Positions 49,707 through 60,287 of a DNA stretch of 64,000 nucleotides are shown here, piece by piece (the first letter of the stretch is position 1; each line of letters begins with the position of its first letter). A program made the position numbers and the translations under genes. The notes beneath the pieces were generated by a model. The model did no database searches. It had not been told where the DNA came from and was given only the letters and a program-made list of their open reading frames with translations. Origin of the DNA: an uncultured Verrucomicrobiae bacterium (GTDB lineage Bacteria; Verrucomicrobiota; Verrucomicrobiia; Chthoniobacterales; UBA10450); the NCBI GenBank assembly GCA_963735805.1, contig CAVTMK010000004.1, positions 544,001 to 608,000 of the forward strand, read 5' to 3'.

Positions 49707-49847
49707 AGCGTTGCCTTTAACCGCGACCGTGCGGCTGAGACAGCCGCCGCTACAACGACACGGCATGAATCGCGACAGTGGATCGACTTGTCCTCAAGGC
49801 GATGGGCGGTTTTCCAACGCGTTAGGGATAACGCGTTCCACCTTGGT

Positions 49848-51020
49848 TTACGGTTTGCCCGGCTTTTTCTTGCCTTGCGGTTGGCCGCCAGCCGGCGGGT
49901 GAGGGCGATTACCTCCGGCTGCCGTCGGGGGATGTTTCCCCATTTGAGCGTTATGCGCGCTCATTTGCGGATTATGCGCAACAGCCTTCGGCTGGTGCGA
50001 CACTTGATTCATCTGATGAGGTGTATGAACGGCGCCAGCTCCAGCTCCGGTTGCTTTGCCGGTATGCATTTTCGCCTGGTTTCCCCCAGTGGTTCGCATG
50101 TTGTTGCCCTGATTTCCGGTCTTGAGCTTGTTGCCGTTTGCTCCACCATTGGCTGCCCCCGCTGCCTTACCTGCGCCGGCTCCCTGGAGATTACGCTCGG
50201 TCACGTTCCCGGATTTGTTTGCAGCTTTTCCTGCACCCGCCGCAGTTCCCGGTCCTTTTCCGGCGCCTGCGCCGGCTCCTGTGGCAGTGCCGAAGCCCGT
50301 GGCGCCTCCTTTGCCTTGCCCCACACCTTCGTTCTTGTTGAATGATTTGATCGCGTCGGCGTTCGGATTGCCCTTGTTCACCGATGCCTTCAGATTTTGA
50401 TCCTTGCTCGCCGCCTGCTGACGTGCCAGTTGCTGGGACGTTGGCCCCATTTTCTTAGCGTTCGTCGCAGCGGCTTTTTGTGCCGCGGTCTGCTGCGCAT
50501 TTACTCCATTAGGACCGTTAAAGCTGGCGCGGGTAGCGGTCATCTGTTTGCTCACCGAGTTATTGACGTAGGTGTTATGGATAATGTTGGTGTTCACGCG
50601 TGTCACCGCGGTGTTGTACTGGAAGGTGTTTCCACTCCATCGTCCGCCCCAGTAGCCGTTTCCGGTGTAGCCGTGGCCGTAATTAATGCCTCCATAAAAA
50701 CCGACGGTTGGTCCCCAGTAACCCTGGTTAAACACATAAGCGCCGTTGTTCCAGCCCCACCATGCCGGTGTCCAAAGCAGGCCCACCGTCGGTGGAGGAA
50801 CCCAGACACCCGGGACCCAGTAATAGTCCCCTTCACCCCAGCCCCAGTAACCTGGAGTCCAGATATAGCCTGGTTCCGGGCAGGCTGGTTGCTCGTATAC
50901 CGGCAGAGGCGGCGGAGCAAAATTAACCGATATGTCTACCTGAGCGTACGAGGTCGCGAAAGGTAGTGCGAGAAAGCCAGCTAGAATAAGGGAACGTAGT
51001 TTCATAATTTTCATTGTCAT
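49848..51020 (-). CDS. YXWGXW/WXXGXW repeat secreted protein
   Basis: WTPGYWGW, WVPGVW repeats; Gly/Ala/Lys-rich tail. Confidence 0.85.
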   Translation of the reverse strand: MTMKIMKLRSLILAGFLALPFATSYAQVDISVNFAPPPLPVYEQPACPEPGYIWTPGYWGWGEGDYYWVPGVWVPPPTVGLLWTPAWWGWNNGAYVFNQGYWGPTVGFYGGINYGHGYTGNGYWGGRWSGNTFQYNTAVTRVNTNIIHNTYVNNSVSKQMTATRASFNGPNGVNAQQTAAQKAAATNAKKMGPTSQQLARQQAASKDQNLKASVNKGNPNADAIKSFNKNEGVGQGKGGATGFGTATGAGAGAGKGPGTAAGAGKAANKSGNVTERNLQGAGAGKAAGAANGGANGNKLKTGNQGNNMRTTGGNQAKMHTGKATGAGAGAVHTPHQMNQVSHQPKAVAHNPQMSAHNAQMGKHPPTAAGGNRPHPPAGGQPQGKKKPGKP

Positions 51021-51228
51021 AATACGTAATTAAACGGATTTCGGCCGCTTTTCATTCGATGAAGTCCGCGCTCAGGGTAATCAGTCTGGATTTGAACGCA
51101 ACGCTTTTACCGGGAAACTAGAAACCATGAAGTAAGAGGCCTTACTTCATCCGATCGAAGGTTTTGGCTTGTCCGCGCGATTCGTTTGAATTGTTAAAGC
51201 GTTAAAGCGGCGGATTGCGACATTCGAG

Positions 51229-52188
51229 TCATTTTATTTTGTCGAATGTCTTCTGGAGAATTTCAAGATCGCTCGCGCCACCGGTCTTTTCGCGTGTTGT
51301 TTCGATCCATTTTTTCTCCAGCGCGTTTTTGGTAGGGCGATCGGTTTCATAGAACACGCCGAACACGCCGGGGAAAGGGAGCGACGCCAGTTTGTAAGCG
51401 GCGAGCTCGTCCGTCACGTCATGTCGTAACTCGTCCTCGGGTGTGTTGTCCCATTTCTTTTCCTGGATCACTTCAAAACTGCCGCCTTTGCGCGGGTTGG
51501 CCGGGTCGAACACATCCGGAAAAAATTCCACGCATTCGCTCAGGCACTCAATGACGCTGAAACCCTGGTGATCGAACGCGCGCTCGATCATTTGAATCAT
51601 GTGATTGACGTTTGCGGCGTGGGTACGCGCAATGAAGCTTGCCCCGCCGGCAATCAATTTTTTCATCGGATTAACCGGCTGATCGATCGCGCCGGTGGGA
51701 TCGGTCTTCGATTTAAATCCGACGGGCGAGGTGGGCGAGGTTTGTTTCTTCGTCAGGCCGTAGACGAAGTTGTCCATGATGAAATAAGTCATGTTGATGT
51801 TTTTGCGCCCGCCGTGATCGACATGATTGCCGCCGATGGAGAACCCATCGCCGTCGCCGCCAAACAAAAACACATGCAGATCCGGCCGGGCCAGGCTGAT
51901 GCCCGACGCGAGCGGGACGGCACGACCATGAATGTAATGGGCGCCATGGCCATTGACGAAATAAGGGAAGCGCGACGAACAACCGATACCTGCGAGGGTG
52001 ACGATCTTTTCGTGGTCGACGTTGTGCTTCTCGAGCATCTTGTAGAACGCGGCGAGCACCGCGAAATCGCCGCAACCAGGACACCACGTGGGGTGGTCGG
52101 CGGTCATCGCTTTCTTGGTGAGTTTTTCCCTGGGCGGCTCTGCGATCGCAGTGGTGCCGTCGCCGTTTCCTGTTGTTGCTTCGCTCAT
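51229..52188 (-). CDS. korB: 2-oxoacid:ferredoxin oxidoreductase beta subunit
   Basis: WCPGCG, GIGCS, GDGD...N TPP motif. Confidence 0.88.
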   Translation of the reverse strand: MSEATTGNGDGTTAIAEPPREKLTKKAMTADHPTWCPGCGDFAVLAAFYKMLEKHNVDHEKIVTLAGIGCSSRFPYFVNGHGAHYIHGRAVPLASGISLARPDLHVFLFGGDGDGFSIGGNHVDHGGRKNINMTYFIMDNFVYGLTKKQTSPTSPVGFKSKTDPTGAIDQPVNPMKKLIAGGASFIARTHAANVNHMIQMIERAFDHQGFSVIECLSECVEFFPDVFDPANPRKGGSFEVIQEKKWDNTPEDELRHDVTDELAAYKLASLPFPGVFGVFYETDRPTKNALEKKWIETTREKTGGASDLEILQKTFDKIK

Positions 52189-52258
52189 GAGTTCGTTGAG
52201 TCGTTAGTTGGTTGAATCGTTAAGAAGTTAAACCGTTAAAGCGAAAATCCGCAATTCA

Positions 52259-54229
52259 TTATCCTGCTCCCTGGGGCACAATTTCTCGTAAAGATTTTAC
52301 ATTTTCTCCGCCCGTATCCTCGTGAATAATCGCCGCGCCGTCGCGGGGAATGTGTCGCGCCGCAAACGAGCGGCCATGAAACACGCCGTCTAAAATTTCT
52401 TTCACCCGGAAAGTGAGTCCATCGGTCTTGGTAAAGCTGCTGATTTTCGGTTCGCAAAAACGGGCTCGCAAAATCGTGGCGAGCTGACCGTAGCCATAGA
52501 CTCCCTGATCGTTCATCTCGACGGTAACGATGCGCTTGAATTTCTCGAAGATTTTCTCGAGACCGTTCGGCAATGGATGGATGTGTCGCAGATGCAGTGC
52601 GCCCACTTTTTCTCCGTGTTCGCGCGCAAGCACTACCGCGTCGTGAATGGGCCCGTAAGTTGAACCCCAGCCGACGAGCAGCGTGTCGCCCTCCTGATCG
52701 CCATAAACTTCCGGCACCGGAATTTCTTCGGCGAGCTTGCGCAATTTGTTTCGACGTTTCGCGGTCATGGCCATGTGCAGCTTCGGGCTGCCGGTGGGAT
52801 GACCCATCTCGTCGTGCTCGAGCCCGGCCAGGAGCGGGTATTTTCCGTCGAGAATACGCGTACCCGGCGGGGCGTGCTGCGTGATTTGATCGATAGGATA
52901 TGGCTTGTGTGTCTGTCGCGGTGTCAGATCGGGCTTTGGATTTTGCATCAGCTTGGGCAGATCCGGTTCGTCGAACGCTTCAATTCGCGTGGCCAGCGAT
53001 GTGTCGCTCAAAATGAATACCGGCGTGCTGTATTTCCGCGCGATGCGAGCCGCTTCGAGCGCGATGTAAAAGCAATCTTCCACTGTCGATGCTGCGAGCA
53101 CCACACGCGGGCTGTCGCCATGGCTGCCGAAAATTGCCTGATGCAAATCGCTTTGCTCGACGTTGGTTGGCAAACCTGTGCTCGGACCGCCACGTTGAAT
53201 ATTGCAAATGATCAGCGGGATCTCGGCCATCGACGCCCAGCCAATCGCCTCGGTTTTCAGCGAAATTCCCGGGCCAGCGCTCCCGGTCACAGCGAGATAT
53301 CCCGAATACGAACAACCGATAGCTATCGAGACCGATGCCAGCTCGTCCTCTGCCTGGACAAAGATGCCTCCATATTTTGGTAGCTCACGGCGCAATATTT
53401 CCATGACGGACGACCACGGCGTGATCGGGTAGCCGGCGCCGAACCGCACTCCCGCGGCGATGAGTCCGTATGCGAGTGCCTGGTTGCCGTCCATCGTGAG
53501 CTGCGGGCGACCGCTCGCTCTCGGGATGTGCTCAAAACGATAGTGCTTTGTCAGAACATTGCCGACTGGATACGCATAGCCGGCCTGGAAAGCCATCAAT
53601 GCCGTGTTCACCACGCTCTCGTCTTTGCCGCCGAATTTTTCGGTGATCAGTTTCTTCAGCTTTTCAACGTCGAGATTAAAAATTTTCGCGATCAACCCGA
53701 GAACGAAAATGTTTTTACCCTTGTCCTTGGCCGTGCCGCCCAGCGCTTCGACCGTCAAACCTGTGATGGGCACGCCGACGTAAACGAAGCGTTTGTCGTC
53801 GAGGTTCGGTTCGACGTTGTCGGAATCGTAAAGCAGGACGCCGCCTTCGCGCAGAAAGTGGAGGTGATCCTGATAACTGTGCTGATAAAACGCGACGAGG
53901 AAGTCGGCTTCGTCACCTGCCGATAACACTTCACCGGAACCGATGCGCACCTGGAAAATCGATGGACCACCCGAAATCGTGGCCGGAATGGTCATGTAGG
54001 TCATGACATCGTGTTCGCTGCGTCCAGCGAGCCGGGCCAGAAAGGCGCCGGCGGTTTGAATTCCGTCCTGCGAATTTCCAGCGAGACGAATTACGGCGTC
54101 CTGAATATTTTCAGGGCGCAGATCGGCGCGGTCCGAAACGGGACCGGCAGTGGAAGCCAGAGCGGCGCTGGAAGTAGAATTGGCGGCAGTCCCGCCATCA
54201 CCTTGGGTCACAGCAGAAGTTTCATTCAC
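52259..54229 (-). CDS. korA: 2-oxoacid:ferredoxin oxidoreductase alpha (gamma-alpha fused) subunit
   Basis: YPITP, QAEDE, QRGGPSTGLPT. Confidence 0.88.
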   Translation of the reverse strand: MNETSAVTQGDGGTAANSTSSAALASTAGPVSDRADLRPENIQDAVIRLAGNSQDGIQTAGAFLARLAGRSEHDVMTYMTIPATISGGPSIFQVRIGSGEVLSAGDEADFLVAFYQHSYQDHLHFLREGGVLLYDSDNVEPNLDDKRFVYVGVPITGLTVEALGGTAKDKGKNIFVLGLIAKIFNLDVEKLKKLITEKFGGKDESVVNTALMAFQAGYAYPVGNVLTKHYRFEHIPRASGRPQLTMDGNQALAYGLIAAGVRFGAGYPITPWSSVMEILRRELPKYGGIFVQAEDELASVSIAIGCSYSGYLAVTGSAGPGISLKTEAIGWASMAEIPLIICNIQRGGPSTGLPTNVEQSDLHQAIFGSHGDSPRVVLAASTVEDCFYIALEAARIARKYSTPVFILSDTSLATRIEAFDEPDLPKLMQNPKPDLTPRQTHKPYPIDQITQHAPPGTRILDGKYPLLAGLEHDEMGHPTGSPKLHMAMTAKRRNKLRKLAEEIPVPEVYGDQEGDTLLVGWGSTYGPIHDAVVLAREHGEKVGALHLRHIHPLPNGLEKIFEKFKRIVTVEMNDQGVYGYGQLATILRARFCEPKISSFTKTDGLTFRVKEILDGVFHGRSFAARHIPRDGAAIIHEDTGGENVKSLREIVPQGAG

Positions 54230-54395
54230 GGGATTATAAAACTAACAGAATTGGAGCAGCATTCCACCGGCAATTGAATTTGCCCGGCGCGCCCTCGCCG
54301 CACGAGCGAGTTTGCTCGCGCCTTACAAATTTTCCTGATTGCAGGTGGTGGAGTCACTGATAAGGTGCGGCTTCCCCCCGCGATTGGAGAAATAT

Positions 54396-55469
54396 ATGGC
54401 TGAAGCGGGAGTGATCGATCCGGCTCGTCAGGAGCAGTTCGTTGGAAAAGTAGTTCAGCAGATCAGCGGCACAATGACGACGCTGCTCGGAGCTATTGGC
54501 GACCGGCTGGGGCTATTCAAGAATCTCGCCGAGCAGGGGCCGGCGACGTCGGCAGAGCTGGCTTCGCGAACGAAAATGAACGAGCGATATTTGCGCGAAT
54601 GGCTGGGCGGTATGGCGACGGCCGGCTACCTGGATTACGACGGAGCCACGAAGCGTTTCAGTCTGCCAGCCGAGCACGCGTCCGTCCTCGCGCATGAGAA
54701 CGGCCCGTTTTTTGTCGGCGGCATGTATCAGATGTTGCCCGCGTTCACCAGCGTGTTCGAGCCGGTCATGACTGCGTTTCGCAGCGGCGGTGGCGTTTCT
54801 CAATCGCAATACACCGATATGATGTGGGACGGTCTGGAACGGTTCACGTGCACGTGGTTTGAGAATTTGTTGTTGCAACAATGGATTCCTGCGATGCCTG
54901 ACGTGAAAGCGCTTTTGGAACGCGGTTGTGAAGTGGCTGACGTAGGATGCGGACGGGGACGCGGCCTCATCAAACTGGCGCAGGCGTTTCCCCGGTCGCG
55001 TTATGTGGGGTACGACAACTTTGGTCCCACCGTCAAGCGGGCGACGGCTAATGCGCGCGAGGCCGGCGTGTCGGACCGGGTGCGCTTTGAAGAACGCGAC
55101 GTGTCGAAAGGATTGCCGGCGCAGTTTGATGTGATCACGACGTTCGATGTGGTGCACGATGCCGTCGATCCACTTCAGCTGTTGCAATCAATTCGTCGAG
55201 CCCTTCGGCCAGGCGGCATTTACGTTTGTCTGGATATCAACTGCTCCGACAAACTGGAGGAGAACACCAATCCGTTCGGCGCAATGTTTCACGGCGTAAG
55301 CGTGTTCTATTGCATGACGACGTCGCTCGCGAACAATGGCGCAGGACTGGGCACGCTCGGTTTTCATGAAGCGAAAGTCCGCGAGCTTTGCGAGAAGGCC
55401 GGGTTCAGCTGCGTCCGGCGTGTGCCGCTGGAAAATCCTTTTAACAATTTATACGAAGCAAAACCGTGA
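54396..55469 (+). CDS. HTH + SAM-dependent methyltransferase (Rv2258c-like)
   Basis: ERYLREWL, ADVGCGRG, FDVVHD, YCMTTSLA. Confidence 0.88.
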   Translation: MAEAGVIDPARQEQFVGKVVQQISGTMTTLLGAIGDRLGLFKNLAEQGPATSAELASRTKMNERYLREWLGGMATAGYLDYDGATKRFSLPAEHASVLAHENGPFFVGGMYQMLPAFTSVFEPVMTAFRSGGGVSQSQYTDMMWDGLERFTCTWFENLLLQQWIPAMPDVKALLERGCEVADVGCGRGRGLIKLAQAFPRSRYVGYDNFGPTVKRATANAREAGVSDRVRFEERDVSKGLPAQFDVITTFDVVHDAVDPLQLLQSIRRALRPGGIYVCLDINCSDKLEENTNPFGAMFHGVSVFYCMTTSLANNGAGLGTLGFHEAKVRELCEKAGFSCVRRVPLENPFNNLYEAKP

Positions 55470-55587
55470 AATTGATCGTCGCTGCCGCGGGGCTCGCCAA
55501 ATTTTTTTATAGCGGGGCAGCCGCTTCGACACCGACTCACGAACCTTATTTGCCAAAACACAACAATCGCCTGGCCATTAGGAGATT

Positions 55588-55806
55588 ATGAAGAAATCGA
55601 AAGCGACGCTTGCCATTGTTTTCATGGTTGCGCTATACGTAGGGGTTTCTTACGTTGAATACGATCTGGCGATGCATTTCCGAATCCTCTTCAGCGTTGC
55701 AACTGTTTGCGGTTTATTCGTGCTGGTCAGCGCGCTGCGTCGAGCGCCCGAAGGCTACGAAGACGAGACTGGATTTCATTCTGGTGCGCTGGCCGCTTTG
55801 CTGTAA
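55588..55806 (+). CDS. small two-TM protein
   Basis: AGGAG RBS upstream; RRAPEGYEDETGFH tail. Confidence 0.65.
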   Translation: MKKSKATLAIVFMVALYVGVSYVEYDLAMHFRILFSVATVCGLFVLVSALRRAPEGYEDETGFHSGALAALL

Positions 55807-55810
55807 CCCC

Positions 55811-58024
55811 TCAATTTTTGTCCGGCGATTTGCTTGCTCCATTCGCGCTCTGCGCGCGATCCAGCCCGCGTCGCTTTAGCAACGGCTCGATGTAAGGATC
55901 GCGTCCGACGAAATTCTTAAATAGCCCGAGGGCGTCAGACGATCCACCGCGCGAGAGTAACATGGAGCGAAAGCGATCGCCGTTCTCGCGCTTTAATCCG
56001 CCATGTTCCTTGAACCACTCGACCGTGTCGGCATCGAGCACTTCGCTCCAAAGATAGGAATAATAACCGGCTGAGTAACCGCCACCGAAGATGTGTGAAA
56101 AATAAAAGCTGCGGTACCGCGGGGGCACCGGCGAAAAATCGACACCGGCCTTGTGCAGCGCCTCCGCTTCAAATGCGACGGCATCTTTCGGTATCTCGGA
56201 CGGATTCAGTTGATGCCACGCCTGATCGAGAAGTGATGCGGACAGGTATTCGGTTGTTTTGTAGCCCTGATTGAATTTCTCCGCAGCCATCACCTTGTCG
56301 AGCAACGCCTGTGGGATCGGTTCGCCGGTCTTGTAATGTTTCGCGTAATTCTTGAGCACCTCGGGCCATGTCGCCCACATCTCGTTCACCTGCGACGGAT
56401 ACTCGACGAAGTCGCGCGGTACGCTTGTCCCGCTGAAGCGCGGGTATTTTACGTTTGAAAACATCCCATGCAGCGCGTGCCCGAACTCATGGAAAGCAGT
56501 GCGCACCTCATCGTACGTAAGCAACGTGGGTTCGCCGGGCGGCGGTTTCGGAATATTGAGATGATTGGCTACGACTGGCTTGGTCCCGAACAGATCGCTT
56601 TGCTGCACGTACGCGTTCATCCATGCCCCGCCGCGTTTCGATGGGCGCGCGTAATAGTCGCCGAGAAACAATGCCAGTGGTTTTCCGTCTCGATCGTAAA
56701 CTTCGAACACTCGCACGTCCGGGTTGTAGACGGGAATGTCGTGACGCTCTTTGAAGGTCAGACCATATTCCTTGTTTGCCGCGAAAAAAACGCCATCGAG
56801 AATGACGTGATTCAACTCGAAGTACGGGCGCAGCTCCGACTCGTCGAAGGCGTAGCGCGCCTTGCGAACTTTCTCCGAATAAAAAGGCCAGTCCCATGAC
56901 GCGATCTGGAAGCCGCCCTTTTCCTGGTCGACAATCTTCTGCATGTCGGCCGCTTCGCGTTTTGCGTTGGCGACCGCCGGCGGCGCGAGATCGCCAAGGA
57001 GTTTGTTCACGGTAGGAACATCGTGTGCGGTTTGGTCTTCCAGCTGATACGCAGCCCAATTCGCATAACCGAGCAACGTCGCTTTTTCTGCGCGCAACTG
57101 CGCCATTCGTTTCACGATGTCGCGCGTATCGAACTCGCCGCCATGGCTGTTGCGCGCGAGGGAAGTTTGCATGATGCGCTCGCGCAATTGCCGGTTTTCT
57201 AACGAGCCAAGCAGAGGCTGCCCGGTCGTGTTCTGCATTTGAATGACGAATTTGCCTTCCTTGTGCTCCGCTTTCGCAGCCGCGGTAACGCTTGCGATCT
57301 GATTATCGGAAAGACCGGTCAGATCTTCCTTGCGATCGACGACGACCGAGGATGCGTTCTTTTCCTTCAAAACATTTTGCTCGAATTGGGTCTGCAGAGT
57401 TGCCAGCTCGGCATTGATTTTCTTGAGCTTCTCCTTGTCCGCATCGGAGAGCTTCGCGCCGGCGCGCACGAAATCCTTGTAATAGCGCTCCAGCAGATAA
57501 GCCGATTCCGGATCCAGCCCAAGGTTGTTGCGATCGTCGTAAAGCTGCTGCACGCGCGCGAACAATTTCGGATTCAAAAAAATCTCGTCGTGATGCGCGG
57601 CGAGTTTCGGAGCCATTTCCTTGTCGATCTTCTGCAATGTCGGATTGGTATTGCAGGCGTTAAGGTTCGAAAAAGTGCGCTGTGCCCGGTCAAGCAAACG
57701 GCCGGTGCGTTCCAGCGCCACAATGGTGTTGTCGAATGTTGGCTTTTCAGAATTGTTTGCCACCGTTCCAACTTCCTTGAGTTGGTCGCGCATGCCCTGC
57801 TCGATTGCCGGCGCGAAGTGTTCGTCCTTGATCTTGTCGAATGGCGGGACGTGATACGGCAGCGAGCTTTCGGTGAGGAACGGGTTATCGGCGATATTGG
57901 GATTTTCCACAGGTGACGTTTGCGCAATGACAGAGATAGCTGTGATGTGCGTTACTGCCACAATTATGCCGAATACCGCGTGAGCAGATGTCAATTTTAC
58001 CAGCGAACAAGGACGAGCGTGCAT
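55811..58024 (-). CDS. dcp: M3 peptidyl-dipeptidase Dcp
   Basis: FHEFGHALH, DFVEYPSQ, KRGGAWM, YSAGYYSY; start uncertain. Confidence 0.9.
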   Translation of the reverse strand: MHARPCSLVKLTSAHAVFGIIVAVTHITAISVIAQTSPVENPNIADNPFLTESSLPYHVPPFDKIKDEHFAPAIEQGMRDQLKEVGTVANNSEKPTFDNTIVALERTGRLLDRAQRTFSNLNACNTNPTLQKIDKEMAPKLAAHHDEIFLNPKLFARVQQLYDDRNNLGLDPESAYLLERYYKDFVRAGAKLSDADKEKLKKINAELATLQTQFEQNVLKEKNASSVVVDRKEDLTGLSDNQIASVTAAAKAEHKEGKFVIQMQNTTGQPLLGSLENRQLRERIMQTSLARNSHGGEFDTRDIVKRMAQLRAEKATLLGYANWAAYQLEDQTAHDVPTVNKLLGDLAPPAVANAKREAADMQKIVDQEKGGFQIASWDWPFYSEKVRKARYAFDESELRPYFELNHVILDGVFFAANKEYGLTFKERHDIPVYNPDVRVFEVYDRDGKPLALFLGDYYARPSKRGGAWMNAYVQQSDLFGTKPVVANHLNIPKPPPGEPTLLTYDEVRTAFHEFGHALHGMFSNVKYPRFSGTSVPRDFVEYPSQVNEMWATWPEVLKNYAKHYKTGEPIPQALLDKVMAAEKFNQGYKTTEYLSASLLDQAWHQLNPSEIPKDAVAFEAEALHKAGVDFSPVPPRYRSFYFSHIFGGGYSAGYYSYLWSEVLDADTVEWFKEHGGLKRENGDRFRSMLLSRGGSSDALGLFKNFVGRDPYIEPLLKRRGLDRAQSANGASKSPDKN

Positions 58025-58084
58025 GGTTTGGACTTTCCGCAGGCTCGCGTCCCCAGGCAACAGCGATTACGGTCGCACACACGC

Positions 58085-59203
58085 ATGAGACGTATTCTCT
58101 CAATCCTGCTGCTGATCGCGTCGGTCGCGGCAGCGTCAACAGACGCGGCGCCGACCTTCGACGAAAAGGCAGCTGAGCGGTTCGCGAAACTGGCGCTTGC
58201 GTGTGTGGGGAAGGAATACCCGAACAAGATCAGTCACGTGCTGAATAGCGACGCGGACGTGGCGCCGCCGCGCAAGCTTACTCCGACGTTTTGCGGTTGC
58301 TACGACTGGCATTCTTCGGTGCACGGACATTGGCTGCTCGTGAGACTGTTGCGCACGTTTCCAGATGCTCCGTTTGCCGCGCAGGCGCGCGAGGCACTGC
58401 GCAAAAGTCTTAGCGCCGAAAATTTGAAGCAGGAAGCTGCGTATCTTCGTGGGGAAGGCCGAGGCAGTTTTGAGCGGCCTTATGGATTGGCGTGGCTGCT
58501 GCAATTATGTGAAGAGCTGCGCGAGTGGGATGACGACCAGGCGCGAGAAATGTCAGCGAATCTGCGTCCACTCGAAGACATCGCGGTCGAGCGATTGAAA
58601 ACATGGCTGCCGAAACTTTCGCATCCGGTGCGTGTCGGCGAGCATGATCAAACAGCATTCGGACTCGGCCTGATGCTCGATTATGCTCGCTCAACCAAAA
58701 ACGATTCTTTCGCCAGGCTGGTTGAGGATTCTGCGAGAAAGTTCTTCCTCTCCGACAAGGACTGTCCCCTCAACTACGAACCTTCAGGTGAAGATTTTTT
58801 GTCGCCATGTCTGGGCGAAGCTGACGCGATGCGTCGCGTTTTGCCGCAAATGGAATTCGCGAAGTGGCTCACTGATTTCATGCCGCAAATTCCAAGGACG
58901 GGAAACGGCGACTGGCTGAAACCGGTTGTGTCGCCGGATCCGAGCGATCCCAAGCTTGCGCATCTGGACGGACTAAACCTGAGTCGCGCCTGGATGCTCG
59001 AAGGAATCCTGTCGGCCCTGCCACGTGGTGATCCGCGTAGAGCGGCGCTGCAGACTGCCGCGGACGCGCATCGACGCGCGGGTCTCGCCGCGGTTACGGG
59101 CGCCCATTACGAGGGCGGACACTGGCTCGGAAGTTTTGCCGTTTATCTCACAACACAACGGGGCATCCAAAAAGAAGGAGCGACTGCGTCGCAGAATCAG
59201 TAA
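58085..59203 (+). CDS. DUF2891 family secreted protein
   Basis: EYPNK, YDWHSSVHGHW, HLDGLNLSRAW, YEGGHWL. Confidence 0.88.
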   Translation: MRRILSILLLIASVAAASTDAAPTFDEKAAERFAKLALACVGKEYPNKISHVLNSDADVAPPRKLTPTFCGCYDWHSSVHGHWLLVRLLRTFPDAPFAAQAREALRKSLSAENLKQEAAYLRGEGRGSFERPYGLAWLLQLCEELREWDDDQAREMSANLRPLEDIAVERLKTWLPKLSHPVRVGEHDQTAFGLGLMLDYARSTKNDSFARLVEDSARKFFLSDKDCPLNYEPSGEDFLSPCLGEADAMRRVLPQMEFAKWLTDFMPQIPRTGNGDWLKPVVSPDPSDPKLAHLDGLNLSRAWMLEGILSALPRGDPRRAALQTAADAHRRAGLAAVTGAHYEGGHWLGSFAVYLTTQRGIQKEGATASQNQ

Positions 59204-59323
59204 CCGGTCTTCGCCAAGCCGAAAGGGTGTAGCCACGGCGCTGTGTCGCCATGCTAATGGATAATCGAACGGAGCGCCTCGACACCCGCCACGGCGGGCA
59301 AGCTATGAGGCGGCTACAGGTTA

Positions 59324-60139
59324 TTAGTCGACCGCGACTGTGCGATCAGTTTCGCGCCGAGCTTTTCCCCCCGAAGGCTGCCAGGCGCGATTTTGCCAGA
59401 AGTCCTTCAGGTCCGATTGATTGCCGCGAAAAATGTTGCGCTCCGCCTTTTTGACGTTGGCAACACTTATCGGATAAGACGACCGCGGCAGGCCGCATTT
59501 GCCATCACCACAATATTGCCAAAGAGACCAGAAGTTCCACGGCGCTGTGGCTCGCGGCTCTTTGTGATAATTTGCAATCCATAACCAACAATTCGTTAGC
59601 ACGCTTCTCTGCGCGTTACTGACCCTGGGACTGTTCAACGCCTGCTGTAGATGATATTCGCCGGAATAAATACCCGGATATATGCCGGTGCGTTGGCGGA
59701 TTCGCTCAACAAAAGCAACGGCCTGATCGGCCCGCATCGTGCCACCGGGATAGTGACCATTCTTTTCGAAATCTAGCACCAGGAGAACGCCAGGAGATCG
59801 CGCCGCCGAACCAGCTTGAAACCAGGAATTGGATACAACGCTTAAAAAGTGGTCGGCCTGGCGTACCGGATCAGTTCCGTCGGCATAATGATACGCGCCC
59901 CACAACAAGCCCGCCTGGAGCGCTCCCGTTTGGCGGTCGAGATACTTCGCATCGCGCTCAAGCCGCGGATAGGTCGCTTCGTGAATCACACCAATAATGC
60001 CTTCACGTTTCATCGAGACAAAATCCGGCCGCATCATGTCGTAATGCGAAAGATTCACGACGTTGCTGCCGGAAAAGGCACACGCCGGAACCAAAAGAAA
60101 CAAGGCCGCAGCCCGCAAGATAGAAAATCGCATCACCAT
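59324..60139 (-). CDS. glycoside hydrolase family 25 (lysozyme-like)
   Basis: WGAYHY, LVLDFE, WLWIANY, WSLWQY. Confidence 0.8.
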   Translation of the reverse strand: MVMRFSILRAAALFLLVPACAFSGSNVVNLSHYDMMRPDFVSMKREGIIGVIHEATYPRLERDAKYLDRQTGALQAGLLWGAYHYADGTDPVRQADHFLSVVSNSWFQAGSAARSPGVLLVLDFEKNGHYPGGTMRADQAVAFVERIRQRTGIYPGIYSGEYHLQQALNSPRVSNAQRSVLTNCWLWIANYHKEPRATAPWNFWSLWQYCGDGKCGLPRSSYPISVANVKKAERNIFRGNQSDLKDFWQNRAWQPSGGKARRETDRTVAVD

Positions 60140-60287
60140 CCCAGATCGCACCCGACATATCGAACCGCGGGCGCACACTTGCAAGCGCTTTTCATTGGCG
60201 CGCAAATTAGTTTGTGCCGCAGGGGCTGATCGCGGCAGTTGGATGTATGAAGTGGGAGCCTCGTTCGGCCGAGGTCAACGCTCTCGG

